Source: Octopus bimaculoides
Taxonomy: Eukaryota
Assembly (NCBI RefSeq): GCF_001194135.2
Contig: NC_069004.1
Span: 31,549,094 to 31,613,093 of the forward strand
Reading direction: 5' to 3'
DNA: 64,000 bases
Shown: piece after piece, positions 34,341 through 47,765 of the stretch
Layout of the letters: each line of letters starts with the position of its first letter
Numbering within the stretch: position 1 is the first letter of the stretch
Translations under genes and position numbers: made by a program
The notes under the pieces: model-generated
Databases searched by the model: none
Told to the model about the DNA's origin: nothing
What the model saw: the letters and a program-made list of their open reading frames with translations, nothing else

Positions 34341-35569
34341 AAAAATATATTCCATAACTTTCTCATATTTTTTCCATCGTAATTCACGTAATAAATATCA
34401 TATATATATATAAGGAGACTGTCCAGAAGAGTTCCAAGAGATACCGAAGTTGTCTGGCCGGTCGATGTGGTTACCTAGGTTTCTGCGAGTATATACACAG
34501 ACAGACAGAGGCTTCATTCAGTTTCCATCTGCCAAGTCCACTCACCAGGCTTTGGTTGGCCTAAGGCTACAATACAAGACACTTGCCCATGGTGCCACAC
34601 AATGGGACTGAACCTGGAATCACATGGTTGTGAAGCAAACTTCTTACCACACAGCCATACATATTACATGCACAAGCACTTCTTTCAATACACACACACA
34701 CACACCATGTGCTTCCACACAGTTTTCCTCTTCCAGATTCACTCACAAGATTTTGGTCAGCCCAGGGCTAAAGAAGACACTTGCCCAAGGTGTCTTAAAG
34801 TGGGACTGAACCCGAGACCACATGGTTGAAAAGCAAACATTTTAACCATACAGCCATACTGCCTCACCAACAGCCATGAGCCAAGAAGGAAGCTTCTATG
34901 TGGTTACTCTGCTTACTAGAAATAGCAGCCAAATCTCCTTCGAACCTCATTGTAGCACCTTAGAAAGAACATTTTGGAGAATGTAGTCCTAAGTATGCTA
35001 ATGCTGAAACAAGACAGGATGGTCATGGTCGGAATGTCTTTGATGATAATTCTACTGGATCAGAGCTGACCGAGGGTAACTAACAAAACAACTACGTAAT
35101 AAGTTTAATATGGGAAAGGTCAATATTTTCATGGTCATCTGGTTGGTCAACAACAACATATGTGATGGTTGTATTGGTACTAAGAATAGGAGCGGTGGGG
35201 GTGATGGTGGTGGCGATAGGGATGATAATAGTGGTGTGGTGATGATGATGATAATGGTGGTGGTGATGGAGGTGGTGGTGATGGAGGTGGTGATTATGAT
35301 AAAGGTGGTGGTGATGTTAATGGTGGTGATGGTGGTGGTGGTGGTGATAGCGATAATGAAGATGGTGGATCATTGCAGTGTTGCTGATGATGATGACGAT
35401 GATGATGATGATGATGATGATGATGCGGCAGCCATTTATTCTCGCCTAAAAAGCTTCTCCAGCATGAAACCAATCATTTCCACTCCCCTGCTTCTTCCCT
35501 CTCTCTCTCTCTCACACATCTTTCACTGACAAAACAATGGACTGACAAGAGCTTCTCATACACAGGGTG

Positions 35570-36240
35570 GGGTGTGAGAGTGTGTGTGTGTGTGTTGTGT
35601 ATGTATGTGTCTATACATGTTTATGTATGTATGTATGTGTATATACATGCATGTGTGTGTCTATGTGGGTGTATGCCTGTATTTGTGTGTGCATGGTTGT
35701 GTGTATGTCTGTATGTGTGCGTGTATGTCCCTATGTGTGTCTTTATGTGTGCGTGTGTCCCCGTATGTGTGCATGTGTATATCCGTTTGTGTGCATGTGT
35801 ATGTCTGTATGTGTGCGTGTGTATGTCCATATGTGCGCGTGTGTATATCCTTATGTGTGTATGTGTGTTGGTCTGTATNNNNNNNNNNCTATGTGGGTGT
35901 ATGCCTGTATTTGTGTGTGCATGGTTGTGTGTATGTCTATATGTGCGTGTATGTCCCTATGTGTGCGTGTGTGTGTCTTTATGTGTGCGTGTGTCCCCGT
36001 ATGTGTGCATGTGTATATCCGTTTGTGTGCATGTGTATGTCTGTATGTGTGCGTGTGTATGTCCATATGTGCGCGTGTGTATATCCTTATGTGTGTATGT
36101 GTGTTGGTCTGTATATGTGTGTATGTATATATATGTGTGTGTGAATGTCTGTATATATGTGTGAATGTCTCTATATGTGTGTGTGTGTGTTTGTATGGTT
36201 ATTTTTGTGTATGTGTATTTGGAGATATGTGCGAATGTGT
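35570..36240. repeat. (TG/TA)n-rich tract with a 220-bp block duplicated across a 10-N gap
   Basis: 35661-35878 is nearly identical to 35889-36114. Confidence 0.85.
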
Positions 36241-36444
36241 GTGGAAACAGATGAGAGAGAGGGAGAGAGAGAGAGAGATCCAAGACAGGCCAAGTTGAAT
36301 GAATATTCAGCATCCAGTTGAGGTGGCAGAGGCAGAGAGAGCGGGTGGGGGTGGGGGAAGGGTCAGAGTAGCTTTGATAGCAATAACAACAAACAGCCAA
36401 GCACAACCCATCGATGGAGGGGAAATGGTCTGCTGCTCGACCTG

Positions 36445-36750
36445 CTAGAAATAACAGCCAAATCTACAAATGACAATGAATCAATGGGGAGCTCCAAATG
36501 ACCACAGCTTACTAGACATAACAGCCAAATCTTCATATAACAATGAAGGGAAGGTGCTGTAGATAGCCACTTCACTCACTAGAAATAACAGCAATATATC
36601 CTACAAATAATGAAGGTGGGCGTAGGTTCTGGATGGCTACTCAACTTGCTAGAAATAACAGCCAAATCTCCAAATAACAATGAAGGCAAGGGGCTGCAAA
36701 TGGCCATTTTGACACACTAGAAACAACAGCCAAATCTCCAGATAACCCCT
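36445..36750 (+). repeat. Degenerate ~68-bp tandem array inside a (CAA)n-tailed repeat
   Basis: Core CTAGAAATAACAGCCAAATCT at 36445, 36512, 36579, 36649 and 36717. Confidence 0.8.
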
Positions 36751-38479
36751 TGTCTTCAAAAAAAGGAAAGACCGTACATAAAGGTAATACCCCCCAAACA
36801 CATCACCTTCCCTAAAATCGATAGGATGGTCACATTTGGAATAATTATAGGTCTGCTCGATCAGGATTATCCCCAGGGTTAAACAACAACAACGAAAGCT
36901 GAACGATCAAATTTAATGCGCAACAAGTGCAGCTAGTGTCATGGAGACTGCAGTCTCTGCTCTAATGCACACAACTACTGCGACAAGTCAACTGGTTAAC
37001 CTCAAAACCTCGATGTTGATCTAACGAGAGAGCAGAGAGGCATTTGGTCGATCTGCTAGAAATAGCAGTTAAATTTCCCCTCAGAACAGTGCATATTACT
37101 TCATTATTTTATATTTTTAAAATTTATTAGGCACAGATGTGGCTGTACGGGGTAAGAAGTTTGCTTCTCAACCACTTGGTTCTGGGTTCAGTCTCACTGA
37201 GTGGCACCATGGGCAAGTGGCTTTTTTCTACAGCTTTAGGCTGACCAAAACTTTGGTAGATGGAAACTGACAGGAGCCTACCATGTGTGTGTGTGTATGT
37301 ATATACATACACACACACACACACACACATAAGTGTGTGTCTCTGTCTCCATTCCACCACTTGGCAACTGGTGTTTGTTTCTTTATGTCCTTGTAACTTA
37401 GCAGTTTGGCCAAAAGTGACCGACAGAATAATCATCATTTTAATAATTTCTTCAGAAAATCTCTAGAGATAACCTTAGCAAATCATTTGCAACAATCATG
37501 CAATGTGAAGATAAGGAGTAACAAACAGATATATATATATACACATACAAACACACAACAGGCTTCTTACAGTTTCCTTCAACCAAATTCCACTTGCAAT
37601 GCTTTGGACAGCCTGGACTAGAGTAGCAGACACTTACCCAAGGTGCCATACAGTGAGACTGAACCTGGTACCATCTGTGTGTGTCTCATATATATATCAT
37701 CATCACCATCCAGTGTTTTAAATCTGGGTTTTGTCCCCTTGTGTGTGGATGTGCCTGCATGTGTGTGTCCCCCTGGATCTACCTCAATGCCATAGCAACC
37801 GAGGTAGGGAGGTGCAGCCCACCCCAACCTTTGGGTTGGCTGGTGTCCATTCTCCTTTGCTATCATGAGGCTTTTCAGGAGTTGGATTTTCTCTGGGGAG
37901 CATGCCCTTGCTTACCCCCAACTTCAGCTTCTAGACATGAGTGGTCCCAAGACCAAGGCCTCTACCACGATTTTTAAGAAGTGTGATGGAAAACTAGCTC
38001 AGGAAGGCAAAGACGCTACTCCATGAGACCCCTTTCGGAGCCCCCCTACATATATATATATATGTATGTGGCTGTCTGGTAAGAAGTTTGCTTCCCGATC
38101 ACATTGTTCTGGGTTCAGTCCCATTGCGTGGCACCTTGGGCAAGTTTCTTCTACTATAACTGTGGGCCAACCAAAGCCTCATGTGGATCCGGTAGACAGT
38201 AACTGAGAGAAGCCTGTTGTATGTATGTGTGTGTGTGTGTGTGTGTGTCCCACCACTGGTTGACAACCGGTGTTGGTGTGGTTACATCCTCATAGCTTAG
38301 AAGTTTGGCAAAAAAGACAGATGGAATAAATGTCATGCTTAAAAATAAAAAAAAAAGTCCTGGTGTTGATTCATTCAACAAAAATTCCAAGTGGTGCCCC
38401 AGCTTGTCCACATTCTAATGACTAAAACGAGTAAAAGAGTGAATGAAGAGACAGACAGACAGACAGATAGGTAGATAGG

Positions 38480-38511
<32 letters not shown>

Positions 38512-38901
38512 CAGAGATAGAAATAGATATATAGATAGATCAATAAGTAGATAGATAGCATAATGAAGTAGTTCACAGGACCTTAAGTCTTAACGAGAAG
38601 ATGAATGGAAGAAAGCTATTTCCACCTGTCCCCTCTGAATTACAGACTAGAGGGAAAACAGGCATGAAAGAGAGAGAGAGGGAATGTGTGTGTGTGTGTG
38701 TGTAGGCGGGAGTGAAAAGCACACAGGGGGAGGGGGTTCTGCACCTACTAACCTCCACCACACACACACATGCACGCACTAGAAACACCTCTGTCAACTT
38801 CATCAAGAATTTCTAGCAACAATGTATGTACGGGGAGGTGTGTGTAGGCAATGTGTCATGTGTACTCAATGGCGCTGTCATCAAAGTTCCTAACTGTAGG
38901 A

Positions 38902-38932
<31 letters not shown>

Positions 38933-41900
38933 TGTGTATGTATGTGTATGGTTTATGCAGGGGAGGAGGAAGGGGAACAAGGTAATGTTTTCTGTAGGAA
39001 GTCACAACTGGCACTGTAAAGTTTGCTTGCTTACATGTGTGTATGTATGTATAAAAACGTACATGAGTGAGTGTGTGTATGTGTGAATGTGCGAATATGC
39101 CTGCATGTGTGTGCGTGCGTGTGCAGAGGTGCCTACATGTGTGTGTGTGTGGATGTGCCTGCATGTGTGTGTGTGTGTGCAGATGTGCCTGCATGTATGT
39201 GTGTATGTGCCTGCGTGTGTGTGTGCATGCGGATGTACCTGCATGTGTGTGTGTGCAGATGTGCCTGCATGTGTGCGTACGGATGTATGTGCATATGTGC
39301 ATGTCCATCTTTTGTTTCAATCATTTGACTGAGGCCATGAAGAAATTCAGTGCAAACGAGTCAACCACGCTAGTAATTGTTTAAAGTCTAACACACATTT
39401 TATCATTCTTTTTTGTTGTACTGCTACGTTACAAGTGACGTAAACACACCAACACCAGTTGTCAAGCGGTGTTGGGGGACAAACACACACACACACTACA
39501 CATTTGTTTATTCTATTTGTTTGTCATTTGACTGTGGCCATGTTGGAGCACCACCCTGACATACACATATGTATATCTTTATACCTCGAGCTTCTTTCAG
39601 TTTCCGTCCTACCAAATCCACCCAAGCTTTTTGGTCAGCCTGAGGCCATCTTAAGGCATTGGGTACGCTGGACAGTTGGCCAGGGGTTTCATGAGTCTAG
39701 GGTCTGCAATTGTGATCTATGGATGCTGTGGATTTGCTCTCAGTAGATAAATACTATAGGGGCTCAAGTGCACTGATTTGCCCAGGGGTGTAGGGGGCGT
39801 TTAGTGCATGTGTGTGATGTGTGTGTGTGTGGGGGGGGATAAGTAAAACAGGTGGTGTGGTGGTGGTAGCTGTGCAATGGGGTAAAAAAGATAGTGCTGT
39901 TTGGGGTGGCATGTTAGGGTAGAGAGAGAGGGAGATGTAGAGAGGGGAGAAGATGTAAAGAGAGAGAGGGGGAAGATGTAGAGAGAGGAGGAAAGGTGTA
40001 AACAGAGAGGGGAAAAACAAACAGAGAGAGGGGGAAAGATGTAAATAGAGAGNNNNNNNNNNNNNNNNNNNNNNNNNNNNNNNNNNNNNNNNNNNNNNNN
40101 NNNNNNNNNNNNNNNNNNNNNNNNNNNNNNNNNNNNNNNNNNNNNNNNNNNNNNNNNNNNNNNNNNNNNNNNNNNNNNNNNNNNNNNNNNNNNNNNNNNN
40201 NNNNNNNNNNNNNNNNNNNNNNNNNNNNNNNNNNNNNNNNNNNNNNNNNNNNNNNNNNNNNNNNNNNNNNNNNNNNNNNNNNNNNNNNNNNNNNNNNNNN
40301 NNNNNNNNNNNNNNNNNNNNNNNNNNNNNNNNNNNNNNNNNGGGGGGGGCAATATCAGAAGTTTTATTCACTGATTCTATACAACCACAGTCACCTGTCT
40401 AATTAACAGAGGTAGTGGTGATGGTGGTAGCTGTTTCAGCCTACCCACCCCGCTAAACTCCCACACCCTACCCAGTAATCCCTGATCCAGGAGACTTATG
40501 ATGAATGACTTAAAAGACAATCCTTGCCCTGACCATCCCCTAAAGCCAGGCCAACTCGAATCACATTGTGGGCCACTTCAATCAAAGTTTTTTGAGGGCC
40601 ACTTGTGTACCGACAGAATTGAAAGCATTTTGCTTTCTCATGTTAATATTATTACAATAATGAATGAACGATCGTTGATTCCACATGAAATATTATCGTT
40701 GCAAAAACAGTAGTATCTTTCTTTTTTTATTACAATCTGATTTTTTATAAAATTTTTAAAATGTCTGTTTAAATAAACCCATTTCAAGAAAGTATCAAGC
40801 AGGCTGCGTGATAGAAGTCTGTGGGCCACGAGCTTCAGGTTGGCCAGCCCCGCCCTAAGCTAACGGTTCTCAACTCCAGCTCCTAGGGCTGTATGTGCCC
40901 CCCAAGCATCCTTCCGGTGGCCTTCGATGGTCTTCCCTCTATAAAGTTTTCTTTGACTTGCGTTTTTACTTTTTCTGGTGCAGACCCCTAAGAAAAAATC
41001 CAGGTTTTGGATCTGGCCCAGATATTTAAAAGGTCGAGGAGCCCCTACCCTAAGTGCAAACATGGCCATGTGGTTAAAGCTCACTTTGCAACCATGTGGT
41101 TCTAGGCTCAGTCCCACCACATGGCACCTTGGGCAAGTATCTTCTACTATAGTCCCGAGCTGACAAATGTCATGTGCAAATTTGGTTGAAGGAAACTGTA
41201 CAGAAGCCCATCATGTATATATACATAATTTTTCTTACTTGTTTCACTCATTTGACTGCGATCATGTTGGAGCCCCGCCTTGAAGTGTTTTTGTTGAACA
41301 ATTTGAACCCAGGACATTCTTTGTAAGCCTAGTACTTATTCTATCAGTCTCTTTTGATAACCGCTAAGTTACAGGGACGTAAACACGCCAACACCAGTTG
41401 TCAAGCAATGATGAGGGGGATAAAAACAGACAAAAAGATACACACACACACACACACAAATATATATATGACAGGCTTCTTTCAGTTTCCATCTACCAAA
41501 TCCATTCTCAAGGCTTTGGTCGGACCAAGGCTATAGCAGAAGACACTTGCCCAAGGTGCCGCACAGTGGGATTGAACCCAGAACCATGTGGCTGGGAAGC
41601 AAGCTTCCTTACCACTAATGTGTATATCTTTGTCCTCCTCCATCATTTGACAACCGGTGTTGGTTTGTTCACATCTCAGAAATTTAGCTGTTTTAGTAAA
41701 CGCGAGTTAGACAATAAGTATCAGACTGACAAAACAAGGCAGTACCCCAGGATGGCCGCAGTCTAATGACAAACAACAAGTTTAAGACTGTGGTAACCAA
41801 TGTATCCTATCTTTTTATGTGAAAAGCAAGCAGTGTGTGTTTAAGGATGGAGATTTGGTTGCTATTTCTAGCACGTTTGGCAACCACATTCTTCATCGTT

Positions 41901-42694
41901 GGAGCAGAGTGGTGGTGGTGGTGGTGGTGGTGTTAGTGGTTACAGCAATATTGGCTTGAGTAGTAGTGGTGGTGGTCACAGATATCTGTGTATTGGATTG
42001 ACCAACACACCCACGAAGACATGCATGCACACATACACACATACTCAGACACTCACAAACACACTTATAAACACTCACGCATACATACACACACATACGA
42101 ACACACATGCATATATACACATACACCAGCTCACACAAACACACACTCATTTGTTCATTCCTGTCTGTTCGTTTATTCGCTTATTCCACTAATTACAGTC
42201 ACACAAGTTTGATTTCTAAACGAAACGAAGAATAACTTTCAAAAGAACTGGGAATAATAATTAGTAGAATGCTTAATTAGTATGATTAATTGATAAAGCA
42301 ATACAAAACACTGTCCAATCATTATTTGATATTTTGTCATTTTTTTTTCCCCTGCTTTTTGTTTTCTTTATTAGGAAGCTGGCTTAGTTATATCACCACT
42401 GTCTGTCCGGTTGCCCCCCCCCCCCCCNNNNNNNNNNNNNNNNNNNGCCACTTCTCTTCTGCTTTGTCCCACACACAGACCAGTAATGGTTCGTTCAATA
42501 GTGCCATTAGACAAACACAAGGTCAACGAGGCCAAACAGTGCCATTTCAAAGTGGTGTCAGAGATTGTTTTGTTTTTTTATTTAAGACTACAATACGTGT
42601 TGGTAGTAGTGGAAGTGACTGAGAAAAGGTGGTGGTAGTGATGGTGGAAATGGTATCGGTGGCGGTGATGATACTGGTGGCCGCAGCAGTGGTT

Positions 42695-42733
<39 letters not shown>

Positions 42734-43832
42734 ATAGTGGTGGTGAAGTTAGTGGCAGTAGTGGTGGTGGTAATGGCTGAGAAGGCAGTAGTGGACATTG
42801 AAGTGATGGTGGTGGCAGAAGTTTGACAAGGCTGGTAGCGGCCGTTGGTGATAGTGGTGATGATTGTGAAGGTGGTAGTGGACGTTGAAACGGTAGTGGT
42901 AGTGGTGACGGACATTAAGGTAGTAGTGGTTGCGGTGGTGGTGGTGGTTGTTCCCAGGTCAATTCTAATCAGACAAGGCTTACAAGATCAAAGTGGTTTA
43001 TTTTTTCAGTTGTCACTGCCATTCTGATTTGCATTCAGACGTTGAATAATATACGAAGGTGTGTAGCACAGTGTTAGGCTATTGGATTATGACCACAAGA
43101 TTGAAAGTTCAATCTCTGGATTGGGCAGCATGCCGTGTCCTTGAGCAAGGCACTTTTTTTTTCTTGCATTATACCAGCCTGCTTAGCGGAAAGTGAATTT
43201 CAGCCAAGCGCTGGGGCAGTCCTCTTTTCCTTCTGCTTGGATAACCTACTGGGGGAAAAAGGTCAGTCGGGAGTTAGGGGCAGCCTATATTTGCTAACAG
43301 CTACATCAATGTCTGTGGGATTGGTCAAATTGATGCAGATGCCTCTGATGAGAATCCAATAAAATTCAAGAATCGATTAAGGTTGTTCATCATTTTTATC
43401 ATAGGTGCAGGGGTGGCTGTGTGGTAAGAAGTTTGTTTCCCAACCATATGGTTCTGGGTTCAGTCCCACTGTGTGGTACCTTGGGAACGTGTCTTCTACT
43501 ATAGCGTTGCACTGACTAAAGCCTTTTGAGTGGATTTGCTAGATGGAAACTGAAAGAAGCCCATCGTATGTATGTGTGTGTGTGTGTGTCCCACCACCAC
43601 TTGACAACTGGTGTCTGTGTGCTTATGGCCTCTGTAACTTAGGTTTTTTTAAGCCTGGTACTTTATTCTAAACCGCTAAGTATTGGGATCAATTCGTTCA
43701 ACTAAAATTCAAAGTGGTGCCCCAGCATGGCCGCAGTCTAATGACTGAAACAAGTAAAAAAGATGAATGGTCTTCCATCTGGGATGGATTGGATGGTTTG
43801 ACAAAATCTGACCACTGTTTCGTGCTCCAATG

Positions 43833-43964
43833 CACTAGCATAGCTGGGCGGGAGGGGGGCACCACTTTTGAGTCTGCTGTAGGCAATATGTGTTTTTTGT
43901 GGAGTCCAGGGGGCAGCAAATGGAAGGGCTGCCATTGGTGGCACACACACTAGCTATGCCAGTG
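43833..43964. mobile_element. Short MITE with 13-bp TIRs and 8-bp TSD (hAT-like)
   Basis: TIRs CACTAGCATAGCT / AGCTATGCCAGTG; TSDs CTCCAATG / CTCCAGTG. Confidence 0.7.
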
Positions 43965-44184
43965 CTCCAGTGTTTTGCTTTGGTATGGCCTTAAGGGGCC
44001 AGAGCAGATTTCTTGCTGTAGAGGAGATGTATGACTACTCATTTTATAAAGGAGTGGATGGTAACTGGTTTGGAAAAATAAAATAAAAATAAAGAGGAAA
44101 ATAAAATAGCGATGTGATGTCAACTTCCATACATCACTATGGTTTCAATGACCGGCTTGCACACACCACCAATTTGCTTCCATG

Positions 44185-44860
44185 CACCGCCTCGCTCAAC
44201 CTCCGCACGGCACACCGCCTCCTTCAACCTCCGCACGGCACACCGCCTCCTTCAACCTCCGCACGGCACACCGCCTCCTTCAACCTCCGCACGGNNNNNN
44301 NNNNNNNNNNNNNNNNNNNNNNNNNNNNNNNNNNNNNNNNNNNNNNNNNNNNNNNNNNNNNNNNNNNNNNNNNNNNNNNNNNNNNNNNNNNNNNNNNNNN
44401 NNNNNNNNNNNNNNNNNNNNNNNNNNNNNNNNNNNNNNNNNNNNNNNNNNNNNNNNNNNNNNNNNNNNNNNNNNNNNNNNNNNNNNNNNNNNNNNNNNNN
44501 NNNNNNNNNNNNNNNNNNNNNNNNNNNNNNNNNNNNNNNNNNNNNNNNNNNNNNNNNNNNNNNNNNNNNNNNNNNNNNNNNNNNNNNNNNNNNNNCCTTC
44601 AACTTCCGCACGGCAGACCGCCTCCTTCAACTTCCGCACGGCAGACCGCCTCCTTCAACTTCCGCACGGCAGACCGCCTCATTCAACTTCCGCACGGCAG
44701 ACCGCCTCATTCAACTTCCACACGGCAGACCGCCTCATTCAACTTCCACACGGCACACCGCCTCATTCAACTTCCACACAGCACACCGCCTCATTCAACT
44801 TCCACACAGCACACCTCCTCAGTCAACTTCCACATACCTCCTCATTCAACGTCTACACAC
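44185..44860. repeat. 28-bp GC-rich minisatellite spanning a gap
   Basis: CACACCGCCTCCTTCAACCTCCGCACGG units with progressive variants. Confidence 0.9.
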
Positions 44861-46544
44861 TACCTATAGTCAAAGTCCATATGCTACCTCAATGAACTTC
44901 CACACATCACCATGGTTTCAATGACCAGCATCTATGCACCATAAACATTCAACACCCACCCACACTACCACAACTTCAAAAATAAGCTTCCACACATTAA
45001 CACAATTTCTTCAAAAACAACAACAACAACAACAGTCTGAGAAGAACCAGATTCTGGTTTAGTCTAAATCAATAAAAATGCAGTAATGTTGTAGTATTGG
45101 GGTGTCTGGTGGTGGTGGTGGTGGTAGCGTTTTAATATTGGTTAGGTCTGGGGGAGGTGTTGGCAGTGGGGGTGGTAGCTAACATTAGCTGGGGAAGGAA
45201 ACAGATGGTGTTGTGAATGACAACACATTCATCATGCTAAAGATGTTGGTGATAATGGTGGTGGTGGTGGCAATGGTGGTGATGGTGGCAATGATGATAC
45301 TGGTGGTGATGATGATGATGGTGGTGGTGGTGGTGGTGATGGCAGTAGCAGTGATGATGGGGTTGGTGACAGTGATGATGGATGGTGGTGGCAGTGATGA
45401 TGATGATGGTGGTGGTGGTGGTGATGATGATGGTAGTGGTGGTGGTGGCAGAGATGATGACGATGTTGGTAGTGATGGTGAAGATGGTGGTGAGGATAAA
45501 AATGGTCGTGATGATAATGAAGGTAGCGATGATGATGGTGGTGGTAGTGATGATGATGATGATGATGATGGTGACAGCAGTGGTTGTGCTGCTGCTGCTA
45601 CTGCTCATAAATGATAAAGCTAACGATGGTGATGCTTGATGAATAATGAAGAGGATGTTAGTGACGACAAATGAATGAACAAATTGAAAACGACAAACTG
45701 CACAGCTAATTGTAATCAACATCCAGTGAAAACAGAAGCTATCACACATGAAATCTGTTTGTAAACATCATCATCATCATCATTATTATTAAAACAGCGA
45801 TTTGAGAATTATTAACACACCAGACAAGATGCTTAGTAGCACTTTGTCCGACTTTACATTCTGAGTTCAAATTTCACCGGGGCCAACTTTGCCTCTCGTC
45901 TTTTCAGGGTCGGTAAAATAGCTACCAGTTGAGCATTGAGGTCCCTACTCCAAAACTGCTGGCCTTGTTTTGAAATTATTATTATTATTATTATCAATAT
46001 TATTATTCTAAGGCTGTAAGCTGGCAGAATCGTTAGCAGACCGGGCAAAATGCTTAGCGGTATTTTGTCTGCCGCTACGTTCTGAGTTCAAATTCCGCCA
46101 CGGTCAACTGTCTTTCATCCTTTCAGGGTCAATTAAGTAAGTACCAGTTATGCACTTGGGTTGATATAATCCACTAGCCCCTTTCCCCCAAATTTTCATG
46201 GCCTTGTGCCTAGAGTAGAAATAATAATTATTATGAATAAGGCGGCGAGCTGGCAGAATCGTTAGCACGCCGGGCGAAAAGCTTAGCAGGATTTCATCTG
46301 CCTTTATGTTCTGAGTTCAAATTCTGCTGAGGTCGACTTCGCCTTTCATCCTTTTGGGGTTGATAAATTAAATACCAGTGAAACACTGAGGTCGATGTAA
46401 TCGATTAGTCCCTTCCCCCCCAAAATTTCAGGCCTTGTGCCTAGAGTAGAAAGAATTATTATTGTTATCAGTATTATTAGGGTAATGAGTTGGCAGAATC
46501 GTTAGCACGCTTGGTAAAGTGCTTTGTTACATTTCATCTGGGCA

Positions 46545-47410
46545 AAGTTCAGAGAGTTCCTACCTTTGCTGGCAACAAAAGGCTTCTCTCTCAGAGTGAA
46601 AGGCAGATTGTATGATGCCTGTGTATGAACAGCTATGCTGCATGGTAGTGAAACATGGGCTGTGACAGCCGAGGACATGCGTAGGCTTGAAAGAAATGAA
46701 ACTGTTATGCTTCGTTGGATGTGCAATGTCAGTGTGCATGAATGACAGTGAAATATGTTGAGAGAAAAGTTAGGTATAAGAGGAATCAGATGTGGTGTGC
46801 AAGAGAGATAACTGCGCTGGTATGGTCATGTGTTGCGTTTGGATGAAGACAGCTGTGTAAAGAAGTGCCAATCTCTGTGTAGGGAACCTGTGGTAAAGGT
46901 AGACCTAGGAAGACATGGGACGAAGCGGTGAAGCATGACCTTCGAACTTTGAGTCTCTCAGAGGCAATGACTATTGACTCAGACCTTTGCAATATGCTGC
47001 ACTTGGGAGGGCCTGTCAAGCTGAGTGAGATCATAGTTGTGGCTGATGTTGGTGTCAAGTCAATGGCACTAATGCTGGTGGCACATAAAGAGCACCATTC
47101 GAGTGTTGGGCCTCACAGAAGCAAAGTGGCTGAGTTCCTTTCGAGTGTTGAGCCTCACGGAGGTAATGACCAAGACCCGTGGCATTACGTTGGGCTTGAG
47201 AAGACCTATGAAGCCGAGCAAAATCAGTCGTGGTAAATACCATGTCATGCAAATTGGCACCTGTGCCAGTGGCACGACAAAGCACCCATTACACTCAGTG
47301 GTTGGCGTTAGGAAGGGCATCCAACCATGCCAAATCAGACTGGAGCCTGGTGCAGCTTCCTGACTTGCCAAACTGTCCAACCCATGCCAGCATGAACAAC
47401 GGACGTTAAA
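46545..47410 (+). mobile_element. RTE LINE 3' ~870 bp
   Basis: LPLLATKGFSLRVKGRLYDACV.TAMLHGSETWAVTAEDMRRLERNE..MLRWMCNVSV, then 3' UTR and tail. Confidence 0.9.
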
Positions 47411-47765
47411 TGATTATACACACACACACTAACATTATATACATATACACACATCATAACATTACATACACACACACTCACCATAATATTATATACACAC
47501 GACATAACATTACATACACACACACCATAGCATTATATACACACACCATAACATTACATACACACACACCATAGCATTATATACACACACCATAACATTA
47601 TATATACACACATACACACACCATAACATTATATACACACATACACATACCATAACATTATATACACACATACACATACCATAACATTATATACACATAT
47701 ACACATACCATAACATTATATACACGCATACACACACCATAACATATACATACATACATACACAC
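47410..47765. repeat. Minisatellite ACACACACCATAACATTATAT
   Basis: Direct inspection. Confidence 0.85.

Noticed and set aside
35567-36298. Cys/Val-rich or His/Thr-rich ORFs (also at 39, 48, 50 and 62 kb)
   Set aside because: Translations of (TG)n/(CA)n microsatellites.
36445-36750. True CRISPR array
   Set aside because: Spacers are homologous to one another, repeats are degenerate, there are no cas genes, and the context is eukaryotic.
42473-42560. Possible plus-strand exon after a pyrimidine tract
   Set aside because: No convincing donor, no homology and no partner exons.
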